A DNA stretch of 64,000 nt from Takakia lepidozioides (Eukaryota; Plantae; Bryophyta), in contig CM060733.1 of assembly GCA_030704615.1 (NCBI GenBank), positions 11,904,001 through 11,968,000 on the forward strand, in the 5' to 3' direction. Shown in pieces: positions 50,234-62,200 of this stretch. Within the stretch, counting starts at the first letter, position 1, and each line of letters opens with the position of its first letter. The notes beneath the pieces were generated by a model. The model saw only the letters and a program-made list of their open reading frames with translations. It was not told the DNA's origin and made no database searches. The translations under genes and the position numbers were made by a program.

Positions 50234-53200
50234 ATGCCGATTGAAACCGTTCTCCTGACGGCGTTGCTCGACGTGGTGGTGAAGTTCGTAGCAGCCGCCC
50301 AATCAGTCCCGACACAAAGAAAAAACATCCGAATCTTGGCCGACCAAGTCCAACGAATGGGCCCGTTGCTGGAAGAGATCCTGAAGATGTCGACCCCGTT
50401 GTCCCCGCAGGCGAAAGATACCTTCAATTCGCTCTGGCATGCACTCGATCGTGCTTACAAGTACGTAATGCCATGGCAACTTGTTGCTGTTATTTACTCA
50501 TCATCTCTCTGGTGTGAGTCAATGCGAGCCCTATAATATTCAGTTGAACCCTGTAATCGCATGTGCTGGACTGAGATTCCCAACCTAGTCCGAGTTCGTA
50601 CCTAAGTTCCCAGACCTTTTGAGTATCTATTTCTAGGCTGTAGAATTATTAGAGCGCGCGCATAATCTGATTTGCAGTCCACGTGAAGATCTAGCAAATT
50701 GTTACTCGTCTACCCTAAAATAGATAAGTGTTGCAAACCGTACCTGACATTGTGGTAAATAACAGAGTAGTGCAGAAGTTGCAGCGTTGTAGCAAGCTAC
50801 GCCTCATTTTCCAAAATGGCATGCTTGCGGACGAGCTAAGCTGTGCGTCCAGTGACATTCAAGCGTGCCTGGGGTCTCTACCACTGGTAACAATACAACT
50901 GTCACCCCAATCCATCGCACATGCTGTAATTCCTCTGAAAATTAGATGCATTGGGCAATATCCTGTTCACCTTAAACGATACCAGCTAGGTTTGCTTGCT
51001 GAGGCAGTTCATGAGGCGGTGTATAAGTTGCAATTGAGGCGGCCTAGATGGGATGTCTACTATGACAAGAGGAAACGAACGTTCAAAACTAGACCTTGAA
51101 AACGGAAATCCCTTTACGCAAGCATCAACCTGCAACAGAATCAGAGAGGAAAGGGAGAGTGCAATTGCCCGTTGTGTGGGCAACCTGAAGACAATATTCA
51201 TTTTCTGATTCATTGTCCAGGGTTCTCTCACCAGAGAGACTGCTCTCTTCAAATCTATCCAGGGAATGGTGCCTGTACCTCTGTTTACCAACTTTGAAAG
51301 TCTTGAGGCTGAGCCAAAAGCCCAGGCCCTTTTGGGGCCTAGTTATTGGGCAAACCTGAAAGAGAGAGAGTGAGAGAGAGAGAGAAGAGAATTTTCAAGC
51401 CCAACAGAGGCTGCAAGAGCAGTCACAGTAGAACTGTAGAAACCAGAGAACACATCAGACCCCAAATGTGACTGAAGACAAGTGCCTCGTGCAGGTAAGC
51501 ACTCGGAATGTGTTCATAACTACAGCCTTTCCCTGTGACGAGGAATCTCTGAGAAGTGATCTCTCAATAGGTAGGGCAAAAGAAGAGGAAACGTGCTTGA
51601 GGTCAGTTTGGTGACCTGATATAAGAAAGAATGATTGCAGCACCGCCAAAATGTTGCAATAGGGGCCTGGAGTTTTTATGCCAGCCACGCCAATTTATGT
51701 ACACGTATGTACAGAGAGACTAATGGAACTGTGCTGATGCAGGTTCAAGTGAAGGTTTCCTCACAAATGCATGACTCAGTGAAGGAGATTCAAGCAAGGC
51801 TGGCTGACCTCACTAACCTACTCAAGGACAACAGTGAGTTCGTCAAGGAACAGGCAGACTTGTCTGCTGAGGTACATCTCCTTTCAGCCACAACAAGGTC
51901 TTATGCTTCTTGTGTAGCAATTTTCCGTGTCAATTGCAGTCCATGGAAGTCCATGTTTGATAAGACTCAGTTGTGCTTACCTAGTTCTACTTGCGGTTTT
52001 TCAGGTTTGGCTGTAGTTGGGACATTTTGTTAGGTCACTGACTAATCTTACCCAAGGTATCCAGGCTCACATTGGTGGCTCATGAGCCATACAAGTTGTG
52101 AAGATCTTTTACCAGCTTAAATTGTTATTCCTTTAATACATGAGAATGGTGGGTCTATGGATGGATCTGGCATGCAGGTGTTGCAGGTGCTGCGTGGTAG
52201 ATGCTTGGACGAGGCCAGCAGCTATGGAGGCAGTTCCATGGAACACCTTCTGAGCTGGCTTGCGAAGCGGTTCAACTCAGATGTCGAGACCGTACGGCTT
52301 GAATGGCAGGTTGGTGTTACTGTGTGCCCTCCAGTCACTCCAAGGCCTTGTAAGCCTAGTGACTTTGAAAGTCTGATTTCAAAAGGGTGGCTGTGGACTA
52401 ATATTGACCTAGCTGTGGCCATCACAAAGTTCATTGAGCCAGATGGTACGGATGTAGGTACTCTTTTCCTTTCTATTTCAATGAGACTAGCCAGCAAGGG
52501 TCCATTCCTGCTTTTGCAGACTTAGCCATCTTCTGCTCAGACTCTGACTCGAACCTTTTGAACAACTGCAGTTAGCTTGTTCAACAAGCTTCCAAGCTAA
52601 CGAAGCTCGTGGTTCAACTGACGTAGGGCCCAAATTACCAACTCACCCCAAAGCTCCAGTTCTGCAGAGACGCTTACATTCTCATCACGTAGAACTACAC
52701 CGTCAAGCATTACACATTCTCTACTTCCCTCACCATGGCCTTGAGGACTTTTGAGTCTGTTCACTTCACCTGGAACATCTTTTTCGATTTCTCATGTCCT
52801 GCATATGATTTGATTGAGAAAATCCAACCATGAAGCTGCTCTTCCTGTGGCAGAGGCATCCACTTATCAAGATGCTTGCCTGTCTTAGATAAGAAATTTA
52901 CACCTGTTTGGTTTGTCTGTTTGTCACGCACTCATCCTTCGAGCTCCTAGGGCTGCCTGTGGACTTTGTAAACTCTCTTCCTTTCTTTCAGTAGTTGCTT
53001 TTGGGCTGTTTTTTGGCTCTGATTTAGTTTCCTCTCTCGTCTTTTCCATTTCGTCCCATAAGCTCTTTGAGCTTTCCGCGGACGGTATAAAGTACCATTT
53101 TATTTCAGTTCTTTCTTTGTGGGATAAGTGATGGTCATGATGACAAATCATTTTGGCTTGCTCTTGAGCACCTATGGAGGCCCTTTCAGTTTCACTATGT

Positions 53201-56200
53201 TCAGCTGGAAGCGGTAACGAATCCACTAATAAGGGCTTCTGCTGTGAGTGGAAAATGCCGTGGAAAATATGAGCATTTTGGCTTGCTCTTGAGCATCTAT
53301 GTAAGCTCTTCAGTTTTATTCCATCATTGTCATTTAAGCAGCTGGGAAGCGTTAATTCACTTACTAATGAGGGCTTCTGCAGTGAATGGAAAACTGCTGT
53401 GAAAGCATTTCTGCAAACCATTGGCAACAGTGCTGATGATTTGGACATACTCAACATATGGGATTCTGATTGTCTGGCTAATTTGGTAGCTGTTAAAGTG
53501 AATTTCAAACAATCGTGTTTCACAGGAAATGAAAGATGCTGCAACCAGTTTGAGACAGCAAGTTGATTACACAACTGAAAGGAAACAACGTGTGGAAGAG
53601 GAGCTCCTTCAGCAGATCATAGTGTTGCTTGATGATCAAAAACCAAAGCAATGCACTGTCTGTGTGAAAAGACTTGAAGGTTACAAGGAGGCAGATGAAA
53701 TATTTTTGCGCTCTCTTGAGCCCCTGAAAGAGATTACATGCGCCATATGCCTGAATGTTCTGGAAGATGCAGTGATGACAAGTTCAGGCCACTCATATTG
53801 CCGACAGTGTATTGAGAGCTGGTTTGCTGCTGGTAACAAGACGTGCCCCCAAAGCCGGGCTGTGGTTTCTTCCAAGCTTTTTGAGAATATTGCACTGCGA
53901 GGTGTTGTCACCCGGTTTGTTCTCTTTCCCTGTATTTCGTGGACGTTATAAAGTACCATTTCATTTCAGTTCTTTGCTTGGCAGCTTACCTGCACGAGGC
54001 CTTGACCCTTAGGCAATCCCTTGAGCAGTAGTTGCTTTTGGGCTGCTTTATGACTTTGGTTTTGTCTCCTCTCTCTTGCTTTTTTCCATTTTGTCCTATA
54101 AGCTCTTTGAGCTTTCCGCGGACGTTATAAAGTACCATTTCATTTCATTTCTAGCATATCTGCATGAGGCATCGACTCTTAGACAATCTCTTGAAGAAAA
54201 GTTCTTTCTGGGCTGCTTGTGGAGGGCCCCTCTCTCTTTCTTGTTTCATGCTTTCGCATGTCCCACAAGCTCTTTGAGCTTTCCTCAGATGTTGTAAAGT
54301 ATCATTTCATTTCTTTCCCACAACCTACGTATAGAGACTGGCAGATGGGAAAACCTGCAGCGGGAGGACCGCCTCTGTCCAGGGCGCAACCAGGAAATTG
54401 AAACTGGAGAACACTTCTTCTTCTATTGCCCTCTATACTATGAGATCCATGGGAGATTCGATTGTCTATTCCGTGGAACCCAATCTCTCACTGAGGTCTT
54501 TCACTATGAGGATCAGAAATGCTTGGCAGCCTACCTGCACGAGGCATTCACCCTTAGACAATCACTCGAACAATAGTTCTTATCTTTGACTCTGGTTTCC
54601 TGTTTTCTCTCATGTTTTTCTTTCCATTTTGTCCCATAAGCTCTATGAGCTTTCCGCGGACGTTATAAAGCACCATTTCATTTCATTTCATTTCTACCAT
54701 GCAATATGTTAAATCTGGCAAGGTAGGGGTTATAGTTCTGGAATCAGCATCCCACTTTCTATGCCAGCTCTTGGAGTCAAACTGTTGTCAATTGTGTCCA
54801 AGCTCCAATGGTCATGTGAGGATCAGTGCTTACTTGGTGGGAGGGTTATATCCTGCACAGATTATTCCCTCAAGGGTACCTTAAATAGAGACATTCAATG
54901 AGATATGTTTCACCTAAAGTTACGGCCTGACGGGCATTTTCTCTCATTCACTCCTCTTGAGCACATGCACAGCTGCTACACTAGTGAAATGTGTATCCCA
55001 TGACTTGGAAGTCCTTGCAATGCTCTCATTCTTCTTAATGGCCACAATTACTCTTTGCGAGTAGATAATGTGAACCTTTTTAGTCTAGCTGTGGGTGGAG
55101 CATTCCATGTGGCTCTTATGCTTTTGGCTTTAGGAATCAAAGGTCCAAAGAGCTAGTCTCTTACAGAATAATTTGGATTGAGGATATGATGTTTTACTCA
55201 GGTGGAAGGAGATGTCATCACCACAAGTCAACAGTGCTGTCAACAATAGTGACTCTGGAAGAAGCACTAACTATTTTATTGAAGGCCTCCCAAACACAGG
55301 AAAGAATCAGAATAAAGTAGGAAAAAATCTCCCAGACTCCATATTGCGCATGGTGGCTCTTCTCAATTCAGAAAAGCAGACGACTCTTTTGAAGGGGTTA
55401 AGCAGCTTGTGTACTACTGCAAGCACTTCAGAAGGGCAGATCCAAGTGTTCATTGCTGGTGCTGTGCTGCCTCTTACAAAACTGCTTCAGTCACCAAATC
55501 CCGCTGTTGTTGAACGAGCGGTCAGTTCTCATGTTCTGAAGTTTCAGTTATGAGACTCGAGAGTCTCAAAATGCGATCCCTCCATATCTGTGTAATGTTG
55601 TTTGTTATTATGTGTCAAATTATTTTGGCAGGGTTACGTGTCAATACTAGTACAATGTCAATTAAATAATACCTTGAACTAGTCAAAATCGTGTTGAGGT
55701 ATTACAGTTGCCTTCTCACGACATAGTAGATGTGAATGCTTATGTTAGAAAAGTTTGGACGAAGATGGTTCTAATGCTAGATCAATCACTTGTATAAGAA
55801 TCAATGACTTTACTGCAACATTATAGATGGTCCATCTCAGACGGCAATTTGCAGTGCAATGCTCAATGCTCAATACTCTTACTTTGGATGCATTTTGATT
55901 AATCTGGCTGCCGTAAATTGCAATCAACAGGTGAAGGTGCTGGAGGCACTAACATTTGAGAACAAGGGCGAGGACCGCCTCGGCTTCGAAGAAAGAGAGC
56001 AGATATCCCTGGCGGTGACAGAGATGGCCCTTGAAACACTGATCTTTGTGATGCAGGTCGCTACTCCACAAGCTCGTGTCTGTGCTGCACAGACTGTGGC
56101 CAACATTTTGGTCGACGAGGAGGTCCGGCACCCTTCAAGTTTTTAATACCTTCCTGCAGTAGTTAAAACATAGCTAGAGGGGACAATCGCAGCTGTTTTC

Positions 56201-59200
56201 AGGGAGATTTGGCACTGTGGTTATGATATGACATACTGTTGAGGTCATAGTCCTTAGAAATAGTATACATCCTGGACCTGGTGATAATGCTTAACCGAAC
56301 GCTTAACCAAACAAGGTCCAAAACTCAGTCCAGAAATGCGACGGAGCTCAAGCACAGCCAAGGATGACCTGGTGAACAGCTAATGAATTCTGCTTCTGCA
56401 TTGACATGGACTAGAGAGCATTATTCTGATCCACCACTGCTTCTGTAACCCTCTACCTTCACAAATGTCACTGTAATTGCACTCCCAGTCCCACTATATC
56501 AGTTAGAGGACTATGAAAATGACAGCTATCAATGGTCGTCCTTGATTCCGCTTTGCACCTTTCAGACTTGCTCCCTAAGTATTGTGAGCTTTGGGATCTC
56601 AAATGATTGACATTTGTTGGCTGTTGTTACAGGTACGGGACATTGTTCTCAATCAACCGGGTATCATTCCAGCATTTTTTGCCCTCTCAAACATAGGTCG
56701 TGATGGCTACATGATATTTGACCTAGCAAAAGAGACCTCTGTAAAAGGGCTGATGCTGCTGGCCGGCAGTGGCAAAGTAGTAGGGGGTGACGACGAGACC
56801 TTAGCAACAGCATTGATTAGCTTGGCAGGTGAAGTCTGTGTCCCTGATGCTTGTCACATTAATATTGGATGCTTGTGTGAAGGCGAGATCTTTTCTATGA
56901 TGGTTATGTTCACCTGTCAGATCATGTTTGTGCCTTCCACAACAGGCTAGAAATGGATATAGCTCCGAACACTGTGAGCATGACCACATTGCTGTTGAAA
57001 TGTGACCATGTTTAAACTATTGGCAAATCACCTGTGAAACGTTGGGTAGCTTATGGACCTAGTATGCAGTAAGTCTGCCTATAACAGGTTCTCTTTTAGC
57101 CCATGTAATCCCAAAGCAAGACAATGTTGTTGCTTTAAGGTTAGATAAAGCACTTATATGAGACGTTCTGGAGTTTACACCCCACGATTTGTCTTACAGT
57201 GTGCCCTATTGCTCAATATGTTTGCAGGCCTCGGATCCTCAGAGAAAGTAGTGGAAGATTCGTTAATTGCGCTGGAGTCACTCATGGCATCTGTGGGAGC
57301 AGGTGTGTGCAAGACATGCCAAGTAAAGGGGGCAAAAACCTTCTTGGTGCATTCTCTCACTTGGCTCCCTGCGGGGGCTGGGCGGCTGGCCGTCATTAAC
57401 ATTTTGAGGCAAATGGCCCAGTACGACAGCCACGCGGAGGATATTATTGACTGTGGATTGATTCCTATCCTTTTTGAAGTGATTGTCACTTCTGCTGGTG
57501 ACACACAGGAGGCTGAGCTGTTGACCTGTTCAATCAAGCTGTTGAGCGTGTGTGTGGCCCATCCGAGCAACAAGGCTCGATTAGCACTTCTACCCACAGG
57601 TATCCAAACTCTTGTTGATGTGCTTGTTGGAGAAAGGGAAGCATCTGAGGCATTCGATGCTTGTAAACTCGACATCCTTTCACTCTTGGAGGTCCTATGC
57701 CATGAGAGTGAGTTCAAAGTGGCTGTACTCAGTACTGGTGGAGTGGCAATATTAGTGAAGATGGTGGAGTCTTCAGTCCCTACTTGCCGAGAGCAAGCTG
57801 CCAAGAAGCTCCGGGAACTTGTGAAATCGGGGTCTTGCCACACTGAAATTTGCCAGGCAGGAGGTGTTGACGTACTTAGTAAGGTATATCAGATATCTAA
57901 AATTTCCTTAGAGCTTGTGCACAGCTGATTGCAATTCAATTACAAGGGGGATTTGAGGACAAGACATTATAAGGTTGAATTTGATTGCAACACTGTAACC
58001 TATCGCCTTCGTGTGGTTGAGCGTGCATTGTCACCCTGTACAGAGAGACGTGCAGAATGGAGAGTGAGAATGAAATGGCTATGGAGTGTCAAGAGGCTAG
58101 TGATGTGACCAGCTCCATGTGTCTTGTCAGGTAATGCTGCTGGATGATAGCACAGAGTGCCAAAGCAATGCAGTGGTTGCTCTGGAAACACTCGCGCTGA
58201 CTGAGGAGGCCAGAGCCCTTGTGATCAACAGCATATCTGTTGAGAATATGTCAGAGTTTCTCCGCCCTCGGTACAAACCCTCTTGCCGGGAGGCAGCTGC
58301 TGGACTTCTAGGCCTCCTGGTCAAGGACCCCATGAATGCTTTTAAGTTTGTCCAGTCAAGTGGGGGTCTTAACTTGATGAGAAATATGCTGTGCCATGGT
58401 CCTACTGTAGCTTGCAAATGGAAGGCAGCTGAGGTGCTACTGAATGCCGCTAAGTCAGATGAAAGAGCCCGGGTTGGCATCGCGGAAGGGAATGGGTTGC
58501 AGGCTCTTCTTGAGTTTGCAGTGGAGGGTGGCAAAGAGTTCAAGGAAAAGTTGACCTCAATGCTGGCTTTGTTTTGCTTGGGGGAGGAGGATTTCCAGGT
58601 ACGCAATACTTACTGAACACCCCTTTATGCTTTGACTATTTCCTCATCAACAAAGGCTGGGCCATACCTTTGAGGCTGTACTCTTCCCAGATATAACCCT
58701 CTTAGATCAGGAAGTGGGGACTTTAACTGACCAGAGTATGGAACTGACAGGCAACAAACATCCAATTATTGGAATGGAGGGTTTGATTTAAGTGCTGCCA
58801 TTGCCATCACATTAGGAAGCATTGTTTCATATACAGGACCACTACTGTTTCTTTCTGGAATACCTTAAAAGGCTAGGACCTACCCTTGAGGATGTACTCT
58901 TCCCAGACATAACCCTAAAAGAGCGAAGTGAGGGCTTTCAGTATGGAACTGACAGCCAATGACCATCCAGTTATTCAAATGGAGGGTTTGATTTAAGGGC
59001 TGCCCTTGCCATCACATTAGGAAGTGTGGTTTTCATATCCAGGACCGCTACTGGTCCTTTCTGGAATACCTTGAGTAACAAAGGCATTGACCCATAGAGG
59101 AGCTTTTGAACTCAAGACAGCAGGAGACGGTCACGGGTGGGTTGAGCATTGAAAGACTTGGTACGAATGTTATGCAGAGTGCAGTTGTGACTGCTGGTGG

Positions 59201-62200
59201 GCATTGTCTTCTTTTCGAGTCAATTGAAAAGGGCAGGTTGAGGGAGACAGCAGCAGCTGCTCTAGCCGAACTGATAAAAATCCCACTGACCCGGGCACAA
59301 GTGCTGGAAGATGGGTTCATAGCGAGTGCAGTGAAGAGTATCAAGTCTGGCTTTTATAATACTGCCCTCACTGAGGCAATTTTCACACTTTGTGAAGCCA
59401 GACAAACAGCTGAAAAGGTACGGGATGCGGGTGGCCTCCAAGCAATGCTCCACATTTTGGGGCAATCCCCAAACATTGAGACAAAGAAGCTGGCTGCAGT
59501 GGTAGTCGCAAAATTGATACCGCTTGACCCAGAGTGGTGGGCCTCAATGACAGAGTTGGGTGGAATCGCTCCATTGATCAAGCTTGTGCAGTTTACAGAG
59601 GTGCTGGAAGCTCTTGTGCTTATCACTAAACATCCCAGCAGTAAACTCGCCATATATGAAGAAAGAGGTGTCCCTCTCCTCATTCCCCTCCTTACAAGCA
59701 CGGATACAAGCCTGCAGGTTAGCATTAGCTTTCCCACGTTCAATTGAATGAGGACTGAGTCAATTGTGGGTGCGTGTAATCGCTATATTTGTTGACTTGT
59801 TGGCTGTTGTTGTAGTTGTGTTGACTCGAACACCCCACAAGTGAAACTCTGCAACAATGTCTGTGTCCACATGCACAGCAATTGACACAAAGGTTGGAGG
59901 GGATTGAATGGGGCTAAGGACACCATCCTAGGAAGCATAATGGCAGTGCTACTTTTAACTCTTTACCTTCAAACAGATGTGACACAAGTAAAAGTTGCAC
60001 TGCTACCACAACGGTAGGACCCAGAGGGACAAGGTGAGGGGAGAGTTGACTGCATTCATGGACTTGGAAAGGACTGGGTTGGCCATGCTGTGCAGGGGCT
60101 GGCATTGCAAATCCTGGTAGATCTGAGCCGGGAGAACACAGACTCAGAGGCAGATGCGCACCGAATCTGCTTGGCCATGGTGGAGGAGAACATTGTCCAT
60201 ATTATCTTTGGAATTGTGCAGAATGCAAGGAAAGCATACTGCAGTGTTATTAAGAATGCCATCATCATCATCCGAAACCTCAGTATGGCAGGTACGGGTT
60301 TATTTTTCCAGAATGCTTTTGTTGCTTTGCATATCCACAACTTTAAAGACCATAACTTCCATTTCATTTTATTTTTAACCCTAGAAACCTCCAAATTGTT
60401 CAGCAGTGTCCACTTCCCCAGACCTCACTTTACACCTACAGATCAAAGTTGCTACTCCTTTTTCTGGTCAGAGTCACAGCTGCCTTACTAATTCAAGTCA
60501 TTAGCTTGAATAGATCATCCAATGGTTAGGGCCGTGGTCTAGGTGGTTTTGGGTTTAACTGTATGTATGGCTATCCTTGAGATTATGCTAGTGGTAAAGC
60601 TGGGGACATCGCCATTTGAAACTGACCTAGTAGCATCAACCACGCTAGGGCTAGGATCATATAACAAAGATTTCCCTGTTAATATTGTTTTGATTTGCCA
60701 GTCAATGCAGTACAACTTGCGCTAGCTCAAACAGCTCATTCCTGTCTTACAAAGTACCATTTCATTTCATCTGTAGAGTACCATTTCACATGTAGTATGC
60801 AGTGAATCACTTAGACAAACAAACATCTCAAGTTCTGTATTTGACAGACTGCAACATTTTTGCTTGCAAATTTCCAGGTCCCAAAGCGCGTGCAGCACTC
60901 TTGGGTGAAGGAGAAGGAGCCATCAAAGTGTTGCTAGGGGTGCTGTGGCAGCCTGCTCTGGTCATCGGCTGGGCTGACATTGTTCAAGTTGCAGTGATTT
61001 CGCTTCAGGGGTTCATGCAAGAACCCAAGGGGCGAGACAGCCTCATCATGCACTCAGGCATCAGTCTACTGGTCACTGTGTTGCAGCAAAATCCAGGCAT
61101 CCCATCACAAGCAAAGAGCTTTGCCACGAAAATACTGGTACATCGTCCTTCCCAACTAAATAGATTTCTGTATCCACATATAAAGCTGCAGCAGAAGTCT
61201 TTAATCTCCTATTTGGTGTGGCAGCCAAGCACCATTCCTTTGGGCAGCAATCATTGGGCAGGAAAATCCCAGGGCATCTTGGAGGCATCCTCTAATAGTT
61301 TGAGCAATAGTTGCTTTTGGGCTGCTCGTGGAGTGCCCCTCTCTCTTTCTTGTTTTTTTCTTTTATAAAGTACCATTTCATTCCATTTCTCTTGTCCCAT
61401 AAGCTGAAAATAAAAAATGAGACTGCAATGTGTTTGGGATGCGTTCTCTCAGGGCTGCACGAGTTAAGATTACTTTCTCTCTTTGTGCTCCTTAGGTGAT
61501 GCTTGCGGAAGATCAGTATTCACATAGGGCTGTTTGCACAGCCATCTTTGAGGCCAAGCTCTTCTCTAGCCTCAAGGATGTGTTGGAGTATGGGGCAGCA
61601 GGCGAATGCAGGAAACAAGCAGCAGTGTTATTAAAGCACTTGATCACTCATGGGCCCACGAAGCATGTATGCTCAGCTATTGCAGAAGCTGGGTGTATTC
61701 CAGCACTCCTCAGTCTTCGTTCGTTTCCCGGTTGTACTCCGGTAAGCCTGACACTGCATCTCCTCTCAAGATTTCTCTCTTTCCGCGAAAGTTGTTCAAA
61801 CTGGCAAGGGCAAAGCTCTGGGACTCACTAAATTTTTCCACTGCAGAGGGGTCAACTCTGAGGTTAAGAAAACCATGCTTTGTCGCGTTATTAGACCTGC
61901 AATATGGGTTGAAAACTCCAACCAGGCTAAGTCTCTAGGATCCATTCAAGTGGGGGTGATTAAGGAGTGTATGTCAGCATGCTCCAAAACAGCCAATGTG
62001 GCTGCTTGGGGTGAGTTTGGCATTCCGTCCTTAAGCTCCCGACGAGATGAATTCAAGGTCAGATGGTGGGGTCAGCTGCAACATATGTCCAACACCAGAT
62101 ATCCTAAGTTAATCGACTCTATATATTGGAAACAGGACCGCCCTGTCAAACAGGCTAAGTCCTGGCAGAAGAGAGTAGAAGAGATTCTCAAGGACCTGGA

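Noticed and set aside
53935-54695. CRISPR-like repeat-spacer array
   Set aside because: The apparent spacers are homologous to each other and to the LINE at 4955-5725, their lengths are irregular, the context is eukaryotic, and there are no cas genes.
57175-59743. Long antisense ORFs (222, 159 and 129 aa) opposite the ARM exons, and similar ones opposite the PPR gene
   Set aside because: Ser/Thr/Ala-rich shadow ORFs mirroring the codon usage of real sense exons, with no independent motif.
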